Part shown: piece after piece, positions 10,242-20,116 of the stretch
Layout of the letters: each line of letters starts with the position of its first letter
How positions within the stretch are numbered: position 1 is the first letter of the stretch
Assembly: GCA_009695275.1 (NCBI GenBank)
Contig: SIBF01000004.1
Span: 1 to 53,475 of the forward strand
DNA: 53,475 nt
Direction: 5' to 3'
Source: Pedosphaera sp.
GTDB lineage: Bacteria > Verrucomicrobiota > Verrucomicrobiia > Limisphaerales > F1-12-MAGs170
Position numbers and translations under genes: made by a program
The notes under the pieces: model-generated
What the model was told of the DNA's origin: nothing
Seen by the model: only the letters and a program-made list of their open reading frames with translations
The model's database searches: none

Positions 10242-12575
10242 ATGACTCTTCACCTTGTGTCCTTTGTTCATGCTCTCGCATTTGTTCGAGGATGCCACAG
10301 ATTTCTAATTTGCCTGGCGCTTCTCAAAGGCGTTTGGGGAAATGCCGGAACCGAGACTGCAAAGCACTGGGCCTTTCAACCAATCGTGCGGCCGGCGCTC
10401 CCCGCCGGAAACAGCACCAACGCCATCGACCGGTTTGTCCTCGCAAGGTTATTGAAGAGCGGTGGTCCGGTTTTTTCAGAAGCCAACAGGCGAACGTTGG
10501 TCCGCCGCCTCAGCTTCAATCTGCGCGGTTTGCCTCCATCACCGGCGGAAGTGTCGGAGTTCCTCGCGGATGTGGCACAGGACGCGTACGAACGGTTGGT
10601 GGAACGTTTCCTCGCCTCTCCGCAATACGGCGAGCGGTGGGGACGGCACTGGCTGGACATTGTGGGTTACGCCGACTCGAATGGTTATTTCAACGCGGAC
10701 ACGGATCGACCTCTGGCTTGGAAGTATCGAGATTACGTCGTCCGCTCGATTGCCGCGGACAAACCGGTGAATCGTTTCATCACAGAGCAAATTGCAGGCG
10801 ACGAGTTGGCCGGTTACATCGCGGGAGGTGACGTGACTCCGGAGATGACAGAGGCCCTGATCGCAACGCATTTCTGGCGCAACGCACCTGACGGCAGCGG
10901 TGAGAGCGACGGGAATCCGCTTGAAGTCAAAGTGGATAATTACGCGGTGCTCGAAGGAAACGTCCATCTGCTCGGCTCGGCGTTCCTCGGGCTGACACTT
11001 CAATGCGCACGGTGCCACGATCACAAGTTCGAGCCGCTAACTCAGGACGATTATTACGCTCTGCAAGCGATCATTCGTCCAGTGTTCGACCCAAGCCGCT
11101 GGATCAAGCCAGACGAGCGCGTGATCGAAGCTGGCACCCGCGCCGCGCGCGATGGCAACCATAAACTCACGGCTGAAGTGGAGCGCGACCTCAAGACCTT
11201 GAACGCAAGCCTCGAGGGGTTGATCGGGCCATTCCGCAGACAAATGATCGAGGAAAACCTGGCGAAGTTCGTGGAGCCGTTTCGCAAAGATCTCTTGAAG
11301 GCGATCGACACGAAGGAAAAGGACCGCACCGAGTTGATGAAGTCGCTCCTGAAAACCAACGCGACGTTGGTTGATCTGAGTGAGGATACCGTGTTCAAGC
11401 GGTTTCCCACGGCAGCAACCGCGGCTCAACCGCTCAAGGTCGAGCTTCAATCCAGGCAGGCGGCGAAGCCGGTGCCGTTGGAACGTATCTCGGCAACGTT
11501 CGAGTCCACGAATTCACCTCCCGCGCATCATCTGCTCGTGCGAGGGAATCACGCGAGCGAAGGGAAGGAAGTGGCTCCGGGATTACCTCTGGCATTGCGC
11601 GGAACTGCTCTGCCTGGCGAAGGCCCGGCAAGCCTCGCGTCCACGATTTCTTCAGGACGCCGACTCTCACTGGCGCGGTGGCTGACATCAGCGGAAAATC
11701 CGGTTGTCGCCCGCGTGCTGGTGAATCGCGTGTGGCATTACCATTTCGGGCGGGGAATCGTGAGCACGATTGAGAATCTTGGGCAGGCCGGTGCAAAGCC
11801 GGCCAACCCCGGGCTGCTGGACTGGCTGGCGAGCGAGTTTGTCCGCTCAGGCTGGAGTTTGAAACATCTCCATCGGCTGATCGTGACGAGCGCCGCCTAT
11901 CGACAGGCGAGTCAGGAAACATCAGGCGAACGTGAGTCAAGCATTGCTGTACCCGGCACTGACTCGCTGAACACTCCACCTCTGAACTCTGTGTCGGCAG
12001 GACTGCGCCGCCTCGACGCTGAATCGCTCCGCGACGCAATGCTCGCTGTGACCGGGGAACTCGACTTGAAGCAAGGTGGACCATACGTGCCTACAAAAGT
12101 TGATGGCGAGGGTCAGATCATCATTGATGAAGCCCTGCCTGGCGCGCATCGGCGCTCCGTTTACCTCCAGCAGCGCCGGACGCATCCGGTGGACTTCCTG
12201 GCCACGTTCGACGGCCCGGCGCACAACCCGGTTTGTGTCCAGCGCGTTCCCTCGACCGTGGCTCAACAGTCACTATCGCTGCTGAATTCGGAATTCATCC
12301 GGACTCGTGCCAGGGCTTTCGCCAAACGCCTTCTGAGCGGCACGAGCACCGACTCGATCAAAGATGTTGCGCAGAGCGAGGAGCATAGCCTCATCGAAAA
12401 TGCCTTCGATATTGCCTACAACCGTCCGCCAGGCCAGGAAGAACTGGCAGCGGCGGAGAGCTTTCTTCGCGCCCAAGCAGCGGTTTATCCCGATCACAAA
12501 ACTCCCCGCGAGCAGGTTTGGTCCGACTTTTGCCAGATGCTGCTGGCGAGCAATGCATTCATGTATGTCGATTGA
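10242..12575 (+). CDS. PSCyt2/PSD1 (DUF1549/DUF1553) family protein
   Basis: Motifs CARCHDHKFEP and YGERWGRHWLDIVGYADSNGY. Co-linear with the 603..2879 protein. Its stop overlaps the downstream DUF1501 start. Confidence 0.85.
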   Translation: MTLHLVSFVHALAFVRGCHRFLICLALLKGVWGNAGTETAKHWAFQPIVRPALPAGNSTNAIDRFVLARLLKSGGPVFSEANRRTLVRRLSFNLRGLPPSPAEVSEFLADVAQDAYERLVERFLASPQYGERWGRHWLDIVGYADSNGYFNADTDRPLAWKYRDYVVRSIAADKPVNRFITEQIAGDELAGYIAGGDVTPEMTEALIATHFWRNAPDGSGESDGNPLEVKVDNYAVLEGNVHLLGSAFLGLTLQCARCHDHKFEPLTQDDYYALQAIIRPVFDPSRWIKPDERVIEAGTRAARDGNHKLTAEVERDLKTLNASLEGLIGPFRRQMIEENLAKFVEPFRKDLLKAIDTKEKDRTELMKSLLKTNATLVDLSEDTVFKRFPTAATAAQPLKVELQSRQAAKPVPLERISATFESTNSPPAHHLLVRGNHASEGKEVAPGLPLALRGTALPGEGPASLASTISSGRRLSLARWLTSAENPVVARVLVNRVWHYHFGRGIVSTIENLGQAGAKPANPGLLDWLASEFVRSGWSLKHLHRLIVTSAAYRQASQETSGERESSIAVPGTDSLNTPPLNSVSAGLRRLDAESLRDAMLAVTGELDLKQGGPYVPTKVDGEGQIIIDEALPGAHRRSVYLQQRRTHPVDFLATFDGPAHNPVCVQRVPSTVAQQSLSLLNSEFIRTRARAFAKRLLSGTSTDSIKDVAQSEEHSLIENAFDIAYNRPPGQEELAAAESFLRAQAAVYPDHKTPREQVWSDFCQMLLASNAFMYVD

Positions 12576-14019
12576 TTCTCCGTTTCACTGCAATCGCCGC
12601 GCGTTTCTCCGGGCGTCCGCTGGAGGACTCGGTTCACTGGCGCTGTCCCATCTGTTCTCGCTCGATTCGACGGGTCAATCGATCTCATCCCACGCGATGT
12701 CAGGAGCACTGGACGCAGCCCTGCCTTTGGCCCCGAAACCGCCGCATCATTGTCCGCGCGCGAAGGCGGTGATTTGCCTTTTCCAGCATGGCGGGCCGAG
12801 CCAGATGGATTTGTTCGACGTCAAGCCGGAGCTGAACAAGCGTGATGGGCAGGATCATCCGGGCGAGCTGGAAATACATTTCGACAAACAGGCTGGTAAG
12901 CTTCTCAAGTCGCCCTTCGGATTCCGGCGGGCGGGCCAGTGCGGGATGGAGTTGTCCGAGTTGCTGCCACACACGGCAGGAATCGCCGACGAGATCACCC
13001 TGGTGCGTTCGATGAAGACCGATTCAGTGGATCACGAATCAGCGCTGCGCATCATTCATAGCGGAAAATTTCAAGCAGGCCGGCCCACATGGGGATCGTG
13101 GGTTCTTTACGGCCTCGGAACCGAACGGCAGGATCTGCCTGCGTACGTGGTGTTGAGCGATCCAGGCGGGCTGCCGGTGGATGGATTGAAGAACTGGACT
13201 TCCGGCTGGCTGCCGGCGGCTTACCAGGGAACTCAACTTCGCAGCGAAGGAACGCCGGTTTTCAACCTCGCTCCGCCGTCCGATGTGCCTGCCGAGGCTC
13301 GCGCCAATCAGCTCCGGTTGTTGGATTCATTGAATCATTCTCATGCCGGCTCCCATCCTGGAAATTCCGAGCTGACCGCACGCATCCGCAATTTCGAGAT
13401 CGCCGCTCGAATGCAGAGCGCCGTGACAGACGTGATGGATCTGTCGAAGGAGCCCGGGCACGTGAAACGTCTTTACGGCATGGATCACGCGAACAAGGCC
13501 ACGGCCAACTACGCCAGGCGTTGTCTGATGGCGCGACGGTTGGTGGAGCAAGGCGTCCGGTTTGTCCAAGTTTATCTGAGCGGTCAGCCGTGGGACACGC
13601 ACGACAAGAACGCCGAGAAACTGCGCGGTTTGTGTGAAATGACCGACCAGCCCAGCGCAGCCCTCGTGCTCGATCTGAAGCAACGCGGCCTGCTGGAAGA
13701 TACGATCGTGCTTTGGACCGGCGAATTTGGGCGGTTGCCCGTCTCACAAGGCAAGGATGGCCGCGATCATAATCGCCACGGCTTTTCATTGTGGCTCGCT
13801 GGCGGTGGCTTCAAGAAGGGCTACATCCATGGTGCCACCGATGACTTCGGATACCGCTCTGTGCAGGATGTGGTTCGTGTTTATGACCTCCACGCCACAC
13901 TTCTGCATGCACTGGGATTGGATCATCGCAAGTTGACCTGCCCGCACGAGGGACGGGACGACAGCCTGACAGACACGGTCGTGACGAACGCCGAAATTGT
14001 GAATCAACTGCTCGTGTGA
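12565..14019 (+). CDS. DUF1501 (sulfatase-like, Tat-exported) protein
   Basis: Twin-arginine leader MSIDSPFHCNRRAFLRASAGGLGSLALS, then CLFQHGGPSQMDLFDVKPEL and the DUF1501 C-terminal block DHNRHGFSLWLAGGGFK. Start chosen at the Met just before the Tat motif. Confidence 0.85.
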   Translation: MSIDSPFHCNRRAFLRASAGGLGSLALSHLFSLDSTGQSISSHAMSGALDAALPLAPKPPHHCPRAKAVICLFQHGGPSQMDLFDVKPELNKRDGQDHPGELEIHFDKQAGKLLKSPFGFRRAGQCGMELSELLPHTAGIADEITLVRSMKTDSVDHESALRIIHSGKFQAGRPTWGSWVLYGLGTERQDLPAYVVLSDPGGLPVDGLKNWTSGWLPAAYQGTQLRSEGTPVFNLAPPSDVPAEARANQLRLLDSLNHSHAGSHPGNSELTARIRNFEIAARMQSAVTDVMDLSKEPGHVKRLYGMDHANKATANYARRCLMARRLVEQGVRFVQVYLSGQPWDTHDKNAEKLRGLCEMTDQPSAALVLDLKQRGLLEDTIVLWTGEFGRLPVSQGKDGRDHNRHGFSLWLAGGGFKKGYIHGATDDFGYRSVQDVVRVYDLHATLLHALGLDHRKLTCPHEGRDDSLTDTVVTNAEIVNQLLV

Positions 14020-14104
14020 GGCCGGTTAAAATCAGGATTCCCGTTTGACGGGTGCGTTCAGCGGGAGTTAAGTTGCCCCGCCATCCAACTCAACCCGATA
14101 CCTT

Positions 14105-14986
14105 ATGAGTAATCAAATGTCCCGCCGTTCCGCTTTGCGCAATCTCACCACTGGAGCCGCTGTCGCCGCCACCGCCACTTCACTTTCCCAACGACTGGGC
14201 GCTGCCGAAACGGCTCTGACCGGGATGAAGGGGCGCATTAACCATTCAGTCTGCAAGTGGTGCTACCCGAAGATCGAACTCAATGATCTCTGTGTGGCCG
14301 GAAAGAAGATGGGGCTGCAATCGGTCGAGCTGCTCGAAACCAAGGATTTTCCCACGCTCAAAAAGCACGGCCTCATCTGCGCGATGGTCAGCGGCGTGCC
14401 CGGTGGAATCGAGAACGGCCTCAATCGTTTGGCAAACCACGACAAAATCGTCGCATTCTATGAAGACGTGGCACCGAAGGTTGCGTCCGCTGGTTTCAAG
14501 AACATCATTTGTTTCTCCGGTAACCGCGGTGGGATGTCCGATGAGCAGGGCTTGGAAAACTGCGCCGTCGGCCTCAAGCGCATTACCGCCATTTGCGAAA
14601 AACATAACGTTGTCTCCGTCATGGAACTGCTGAACAGCAAGGTCAATCACAAGGATTACATGTGCGACCACACCAAATGGGGCGCGGAACTTTGCAAGCG
14701 CGTCGGCTCGGAACGCTTCAAACTGCTCTACGACATTTACCACATGCAGATCATGGAAGGTGACGTCATCCGCACCATTCGGGAAAGCCACCAGTACATC
14801 GCTCATTACCACACGGGCGGTGTCCCGGGCCGCAATGAGATTGATGAAACACAGGAACTCAATTACGCGACGATCATGAAAGCCATCACGGAAACCGGCT
14901 TCAAAGGGCACGTGGCTCAGGAGTTCATTCCCAAGCGCGATCCGCTCGCCTCGCTGGAACAGGGCGTCCGCATCTGCGATGTGTGA
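14105..14986 (+). CDS. xylose-isomerase-like TIM-barrel sugar phosphate isomerase/epimerase, Tat signal
   Basis: Tat leader MSNQMSRRSALRNLTTGAAVAATA. The motifs CFSGNRGG…MELLNSKVNHKDYM…HYHTGGVPGRNEID fit the hydroxypyruvate-isomerase/AP-endonuclease-2 TIM family. Confidence 0.7.
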   Translation: MSNQMSRRSALRNLTTGAAVAATATSLSQRLGAAETALTGMKGRINHSVCKWCYPKIELNDLCVAGKKMGLQSVELLETKDFPTLKKHGLICAMVSGVPGGIENGLNRLANHDKIVAFYEDVAPKVASAGFKNIICFSGNRGGMSDEQGLENCAVGLKRITAICEKHNVVSVMELLNSKVNHKDYMCDHTKWGAELCKRVGSERFKLLYDIYHMQIMEGDVIRTIRESHQYIAHYHTGGVPGRNEIDETQELNYATIMKAITETGFKGHVAQEFIPKRDPLASLEQGVRICDV

Positions 14987-15068
14987 CAATCCGGGAAGGC
15001 GGCCCTCATGTCATTTGTCAGCGGGTTTGCCCGTTGACGGTTCCTTACCCCTCCAGTTAACTCCGCAC

Positions 15069-15482
15069 ATGCGTCTGCTGTTCATTTTTGCGTTGGGAGC
15101 ATTGGCTCTCGCTGGATGTCGAAGTCCAAATTCAGCCGGGGATTCTTCCGCTCAATTTCAAGCGAAGCCTGAGCGCGTCTCGCCCAGGCGGGGCGATAAG
15201 CCAGCCGCCAACAGTCCTGCTCCACGCCCTCAGCCGCTGCCTCGAGTCACGCCGCTGAATGAATACTCCGGACGGATTGTCTCTGTGAATCCAAGCCTGA
15301 AAATTGTCGTTTTGGAATTTCCACTCGGCGGCTTCCCGCCATTGGACATGAAGATGAGCGCCTATCGACAGGGACAGAAAATGGCTGAGGTGAAAGTAAC
15401 GGGGCCTTCCCGCGATCAAAACATCGCCGGGGACATTCTGGCAGGCGAGGCGCAGGTGGGAGACGAAGTTCGTGGAAACTAG
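15069..15482 (+). CDS. hypothetical lipoprotein
   Basis: Lipobox-like MRLLFIFALGALALAGC, followed by a Pro/Ala-rich linker and a small C-terminal domain. No recognisable family. Confidence 0.4.
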   Translation: MRLLFIFALGALALAGCRSPNSAGDSSAQFQAKPERVSPRRGDKPAANSPAPRPQPLPRVTPLNEYSGRIVSVNPSLKIVVLEFPLGGFPPLDMKMSAYRQGQKMAEVKVTGPSRDQNIAGDILAGEAQVGDEVRGN

Positions 15483-15506
15483 CCTGCTTCGCCTCGTGCC
15501 CGTTCA

Positions 15507-16295
15507 TCAACGCTTCTTGCTCCGTCCGTCAGGCGCGACGTTCGGGTTCTGATGCTGCATGAACCACTCGTAGAGCGCCGGATTATTGTAGGATTCGGTC
15601 CAGGAGTCATGACCGGCATCAGGGTAAATGGTGAGTTTCGCGTCGTTTCCGATTTTGCGCAGTGAACTTACCATTTTCTCGGATTGCTCCAGTTTGACTG
15701 TGGAATCCTTTGCTCCGTGAAACGCCCAGACAGGAAGCTCCTTGAGCAGGCGCAGTCTCTTGCCTTCGGCCAGCAGGATGCCGAGATTGTCACCGCCGCC
15801 GCAGATCGGGGCAATCGCCGCGAACTTCTCCGGATACTTCAAACTCAGGCTCCATGAGCCGTATCCGCCCATGCTCAAACCCGTGAGATAAATCCGGCTT
15901 TGATCCACCTTATACTTGCGCGTCACTTCATCAAGCAACGTCAGCAAAACATCGATCGACCATGATTCACCCGGAGGGCACTGGGGGCTCACGACGATGA
16001 ACGGAAACTCGGGCTTCGATTGGACAATCTTGGGAGGTCCGTGAACAGCGACAATACTCAGGTTGGTGCCGCGCTCTCCGGCACCATGGAGAAACAGAAT
16101 CAGCGGCCAGCGTGTGGAGCCTCGAGGTTTGTAATCGTTCGGCAGATACAAGAGGTAGTCCGCCTCCACATTTTTGGTGATTCGTCGCTGAAAGTTTCGG
16201 GCTTGTTGGTTCTTCGGCATGGTATCCGCGCCTTGCAACGCGGAGAAAGTGAACCCAGCGACAGTGAGCAAAGCAAGTGTGGTTCGAATTCTCAT
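15507..16295 (-). CDS. secreted alpha/beta-hydrolase esterase (phospholipase/carboxylesterase–PHB depolymerase-like)
   Basis: Signal peptide MRIRTTLALLTVAGFTFSALQG, nucleophile elbow GLSMGG, LFLHGAGERG, and C-terminal DAGHDSW carrying the catalytic His. Confidence 0.75.
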   Translation of the reverse strand: MRIRTTLALLTVAGFTFSALQGADTMPKNQQARNFQRRITKNVEADYLLYLPNDYKPRGSTRWPLILFLHGAGERGTNLSIVAVHGPPKIVQSKPEFPFIVVSPQCPPGESWSIDVLLTLLDEVTRKYKVDQSRIYLTGLSMGGYGSWSLSLKYPEKFAAIAPICGGGDNLGILLAEGKRLRLLKELPVWAFHGAKDSTVKLEQSEKMVSSLRKIGNDAKLTIYPDAGHDSWTESYNNPALYEWFMQHQNPNVAPDGRSKKR

Positions 16296-16333
16296 GTTGT
16301 GTGACAGACTGAGGAAACCGAAAACGCGCCCTA

Positions 16334-17557
16334 ATGACAAGCATTCAAAACATTGTCAGCAAAGTGTGTTCTCTCACGGGCTTCTGTGCTTGTTTCCATC
16401 AAGGTCAATTGTTACCCGTAATCCATTCAAACAATCTGAAGACTGATCCTTCAAATCAACCGCCCCGCATCCCCGCGGTAATCTTCTGTGACGCAGCAGC
16501 CAGCGGTCTGAAAATCGCGGCGCTGACATTGCTCGACCGGCTGGTGGTGGCGGTGCATCGGGCGGGCGTTGATTCAATCGCGATTGTAACGCGCAGGGAA
16601 ACGCCGGCATTGAAGCGCGCCGCCGCACTCGGAATTGCTGTGCGAATTGTTTCTGAGTCGCCGGCTTTGGACAGCCCGGCACTCCTGGTTTATGGCAATG
16701 TCCTCGTTCAGGCTGTCGATATTCGGGCGTTGCTTCGGCAGGGTGGCCGCCTCACATCCGCCGATGGCACGCCGCTCCCCATTGGCATACTTCCGACGGG
16801 AGATCCGCCTGATGAAGCCGCTTTGGATCGTCTGCCGGAATGTTCGGCCACAGGAGTGGCCTTGCGCGTCAGCGATAGCGCCGGAGCTCGTCAAGCCGAG
16901 GCCGCGCTTTGGACATCGCTCACCAGTTCATCCGATGGACTCGTGGACAAAGTGTTCAATCGCCCGTGCGGCCGTTATTTTTCAAAACTCCTGATTCACA
17001 CGGCAATCAGTCCCAATGCCGTGTCGCTGACGTCCATTGGCATCGGCTTGGTGGCGGCGTGGTTCTTTGCAATGGGCAGCCACCAGGCCATGCTCCTGGC
17101 GGCAATTCTTTTTCAGTTTTCCGCCATAGTGGATTGCGTGGATGGCGACATCGCCCGGGTGTTGTTCAAGGAATCTCCTTTCGGCAAGTGGCTGGACCTG
17201 GCGGGTGACCAGGTCGTGCATGTCGCGGTGTTTGCGGCCATTGCCATCGGGTTGGCACGGACGGGTGAGTCGCCTTGGACACTCTGGCTGGGGATCAGCG
17301 CGGTGCTCGGGGCGGTACTGTCGTTCGTCGTAGTTGTTCGCGGCATGCGCCAGCCGGCGAATGACCGCAACCGGCTCCTTCAAAAATTGATCGATGCCGC
17401 CACAAACCGCGACTTCTCCGTGCTGGTTCTCGCACTGGCCTTCTTCAACCGGCTTGAATGGTTTCTCTGGATGTCAGCCATCGGCAGTCATCTGTTTTGG
17501 ATGACGGCGTTCATGATGCAATTCGGCTCACGGACAAGGGAACACCGGGCGCAATGA
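16334..17557 (+). CDS. CDP-alcohol phosphatidyltransferase family membrane protein with N-terminal (degenerate) nucleotidyltransferase-like domain
   Basis: Canonical CDP-OH transferase motif DCVDGDIARVLFKESPFGKWLDLAGDQVVH, i.e. DG(x2)AR(x8)G(x3)D(x3)D, with several TM helices. The N-terminal ~200 aa, AVIFCDAAASGLKIAALTLLDRLV, looks like a diverged NTP-transferase fold. The architecture recalls IPCT/DIPPS-type bifunctional enzymes. Confidence 0.65.
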   Translation: MTSIQNIVSKVCSLTGFCACFHQGQLLPVIHSNNLKTDPSNQPPRIPAVIFCDAAASGLKIAALTLLDRLVVAVHRAGVDSIAIVTRRETPALKRAAALGIAVRIVSESPALDSPALLVYGNVLVQAVDIRALLRQGGRLTSADGTPLPIGILPTGDPPDEAALDRLPECSATGVALRVSDSAGARQAEAALWTSLTSSSDGLVDKVFNRPCGRYFSKLLIHTAISPNAVSLTSIGIGLVAAWFFAMGSHQAMLLAAILFQFSAIVDCVDGDIARVLFKESPFGKWLDLAGDQVVHVAVFAAIAIGLARTGESPWTLWLGISAVLGAVLSFVVVVRGMRQPANDRNRLLQKLIDAATNRDFSVLVLALAFFNRLEWFLWMSAIGSHLFWMTAFMMQFGSRTREHRAQ

Positions 17558-18573
17558 AACTATTCTGGAAGGCCGCGGTTCTGCTGGCTGGGCTCGCTCT
17601 GTTTGGCTGGTACCTGACGAGCGCCGATTTACGATCGGTCGCCGAAGTGCTGGTTCGCCTCGGCTGGCTCGCACCGTTGATCCTCGTTCCTTACTTCGTT
17701 GTTTATGTGGTGGATTGTCTGGGTTGGAAGTTTTGCCTTCCGGCCGGACTGAAAGTTTCGTTTCCGACGCTCTTCCGCATTCGTTGGTCCGGTGAAGCGG
17801 TGAGTAATACCCTGCCATCCGCTTACGTCGGAGGTGAGTCGGTGAAAATTTATCTACTGCGAAAATACGGCGTTGCCTCCTCATTGGGTGCCACAAGCGC
17901 CGTCGTTTCAAAGACCGCGCAAACGGTGGCGCAAATGTTTTTCATTCTTCTGGCTGCCATTGCCTTCCTCAAACTCGCCGGCGAGAAGCCCGGACTTCGC
18001 GCCGGCATGATGATGGTGCTGGCCGGTGGTGTGGCTGTGCTGGCGGGACTTTTCTGGATTCAACGGCGCGGGTTGTTTGCCTCGCTGCTGACTCTCGTCA
18101 ATGCGCTCCATCTTAAGATTGCCTGGCTCGAAACCCGTCGGGCAAAGATCCTCGAGGTGGACGACACAATCACCTGCTTTTACCGGAATCATCGTTCTCG
18201 ATTCTGCGCTTCAACGGGCTTCTACTTTTGCGGCTGGATGCTGGACACGACGGAAATTTACCTTGTGTCGCAACTGCTCGGAATGCCCATCCTTTGGACG
18301 CAGGCCCTGGCAGTCGAAGCGTTCACCGGCGTGGCGAAAATGCTTGGCATGTGGGTGCCAGGATCATTTGGTATCCAGGAATCAGGCATAGTCATGCTAG
18401 GACGCCTCGCGGGATTGCCGGACACATTGAGCGTGGGCTATGCGCTCCTTCGCCGGGGCCGTGAAATTGTTTTTACGCTAGTCGGCTGGCTTTTGCTCTA
18501 TGGCAATCATGTCAGCCTGCGGGCGATCCGAAGCGGAGCCGTTTCCGCTGATAAACAATTGCCAGTTTATTGA
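17554..18573 (+). CDS. flippase-like (UPF0104 / lysyl-PG synthase TM-region-like) integral membrane protein
   Basis: MKLFWKAAVLLAGLALFGWYL, then 6–8 predicted TM helices and a conserved GxxxLxRG…Y pattern as in the MprF N-terminal flippase domain. Its start overlaps the previous gene's stop. Confidence 0.65.
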   Translation: MKLFWKAAVLLAGLALFGWYLTSADLRSVAEVLVRLGWLAPLILVPYFVVYVVDCLGWKFCLPAGLKVSFPTLFRIRWSGEAVSNTLPSAYVGGESVKIYLLRKYGVASSLGATSAVVSKTAQTVAQMFFILLAAIAFLKLAGEKPGLRAGMMMVLAGGVAVLAGLFWIQRRGLFASLLTLVNALHLKIAWLETRRAKILEVDDTITCFYRNHRSRFCASTGFYFCGWMLDTTEIYLVSQLLGMPILWTQALAVEAFTGVAKMLGMWVPGSFGIQESGIVMLGRLAGLPDTLSVGYALLRRGREIVFTLVGWLLLYGNHVSLRAIRSGAVSADKQLPVY

Positions 18574-18593
18574 TCACAATTATCAAACAATTC

Positions 18594-19343
18594 ATGAACG
18601 CCATACTCTACGCCGCCGGACGAGCTCAACGATTGGGAAAGCTGGGGGAAGAACGCCCCAAGATCCTGATTGAAATCGGCGGCAAAAGCCTGCTGGAGCG
18701 TCATGTGGAAATCCTCGCCAAATGTCGCCTGCCGAAGCTGTTCGTCGTCACAGGCTACATGAGGGAACGATTTCAGCCGATCTTTCGAGATCTCCAATCC
18801 CGCTACGGCGTGGAGATCGCCGAATTGTTCAATGCCGACTTCACCGAAGGGAGCGCGTTGAGCATGCATGCCTCGCTGCTGGTGCTGGAGCAGGTCGAGA
18901 AAGACATTCTGCTCATGGACGGTGACGTGCTTTACGACGTGCGAATGTTGGAACGGTTGATTCATTCACCCCATCGCACAGCGCTCCTGGTGGACCGCGG
19001 CTACGCCACCACCGATGACGATCCGGTGCTGGTTCCGATGCGCAATGGGAAGCCATTCGACTTCGTCAAGAAATGGAGCGGAACCGCCGACAGCATCGGT
19101 GAATCCATTGGTTTCTTCAAAGTGTCCGCCTCTGACCTCCCGCTGTTGATTTCCGAAACCAAGGCTCGGAGCGTTGGTCTGGGGCGCGCCGATTCTTATG
19201 ACGCGATCCTTCAGATCCTTGTGAAGGCGGGCCTCTTCAGTGCCGAAGACGTCACTGGCCTTCCGTGGACGGAAATCGATTTTCCAGAAGATCTGGAGTA
19301 TGCAAATCGCGTTGTTCTGCCGGCATTGAAGCGGGCTGGCTGA
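18594..19343 (+). CDS. sugar-/alcohol-phosphate nucleotidyltransferase (LicC/MobA-like cytidylyltransferase)
   Basis: NTP-transferase P-loop MNAILYAAGRAQRLG…ERPKILIEIGGKSLLE, with LLMDGDVLYD in the middle. Confidence 0.75.
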   Translation: MNAILYAAGRAQRLGKLGEERPKILIEIGGKSLLERHVEILAKCRLPKLFVVTGYMRERFQPIFRDLQSRYGVEIAELFNADFTEGSALSMHASLLVLEQVEKDILLMDGDVLYDVRMLERLIHSPHRTALLVDRGYATTDDDPVLVPMRNGKPFDFVKKWSGTADSIGESIGFFKVSASDLPLLISETKARSVGLGRADSYDAILQILVKAGLFSAEDVTGLPWTEIDFPEDLEYANRVVLPALKRAG

Positions 19344-19371
19344 AGATTCGTGGTGAGGAGGACCAAGCCTG

Positions 19372-20040
19372 TCACTGGGAAATCTTCGACACGTGCAAAT
19401 CATCAAAGCGGATCGGCGTGCCGGCGAATGGGCTCCCCCAGATCCCGGACCTGCCGTTCGACGCTTCCTGCGCATCATCGAATTTAATGGCCCATTTCTC
19501 GGGCTCCTTGTCGCCCTGCATCCACACTTTTCCTTCGGCCGTCCACGCTCCGTCTTTGACTTTCCGGACCTGCAATTTGAGTTGAGTCCACTTGCTTGAT
19601 TGCCACTCGAAAGGGATTGTCGCTTTCAAAGATTCTCCACGGTAAAGCTCGACCGCCTTTTTCGCGGGAGCGACCTGGAGTCGGTATCCGCCCTGTCCGC
19701 CAGCACCGATACCGAAAGTCGGAAACCGTCGTCCCTTGCCTGTGCCAAAGATTCGGGCACTTACGCGAATATTCTCTTTCTCTGCCGGGCCAAATAATAC
19801 TCCGAATGTCTCCAACGGCGCGCCCGGCAGCTCGATGAACTTGTTCCCTTCCTCCGTTCGTATTTCAAATCCCCCTTCAAGCACGAGGAAATCCTCCGGC
19901 AGGGGGCCGGGCGCGGTTTTTTCAAAATTGTTTTCGTAAAGCGGCTTGCCGTCTTGAGCCTGCAGTCCCCATGCGAGCAGCGCGCTCAATCCCGCCGCCA
20001 TTCCGAATGTCCTCAATCTCATGTTCATCGTTCGCCTCAT
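19372..20040 (-). CDS. secreted hypothetical protein (possible jelly-roll/LamG-like)
   Basis: Signal peptide MNMRLRTFGMAAGLSALLAWGLQA, followed by a beta-rich sequence. No motif recognised. Confidence 0.45.
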   Translation of the reverse strand: MRRTMNMRLRTFGMAAGLSALLAWGLQAQDGKPLYENNFEKTAPGPLPEDFLVLEGGFEIRTEEGNKFIELPGAPLETFGVLFGPAEKENIRVSARIFGTGKGRRFPTFGIGAGGQGGYRLQVAPAKKAVELYRGESLKATIPFEWQSSKWTQLKLQVRKVKDGAWTAEGKVWMQGDKEPEKWAIKFDDAQEASNGRSGIWGSPFAGTPIRFDDLHVSKISQ

Positions 20041-20116
20041 TTGCTTCATAACTTTCAACTTCTTGCTTGTGACTTTTTTCTCCTGACTCCCGTTACTTGA
20101 CTCCTGCTTTTCCACA

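Noticed and set aside
16265-16285. GGTTCGAATTC, resembling a tRNA T-loop
   Set aside because: It lies inside the esterase coding region. No acceptor or anticodon stems can be built around it.
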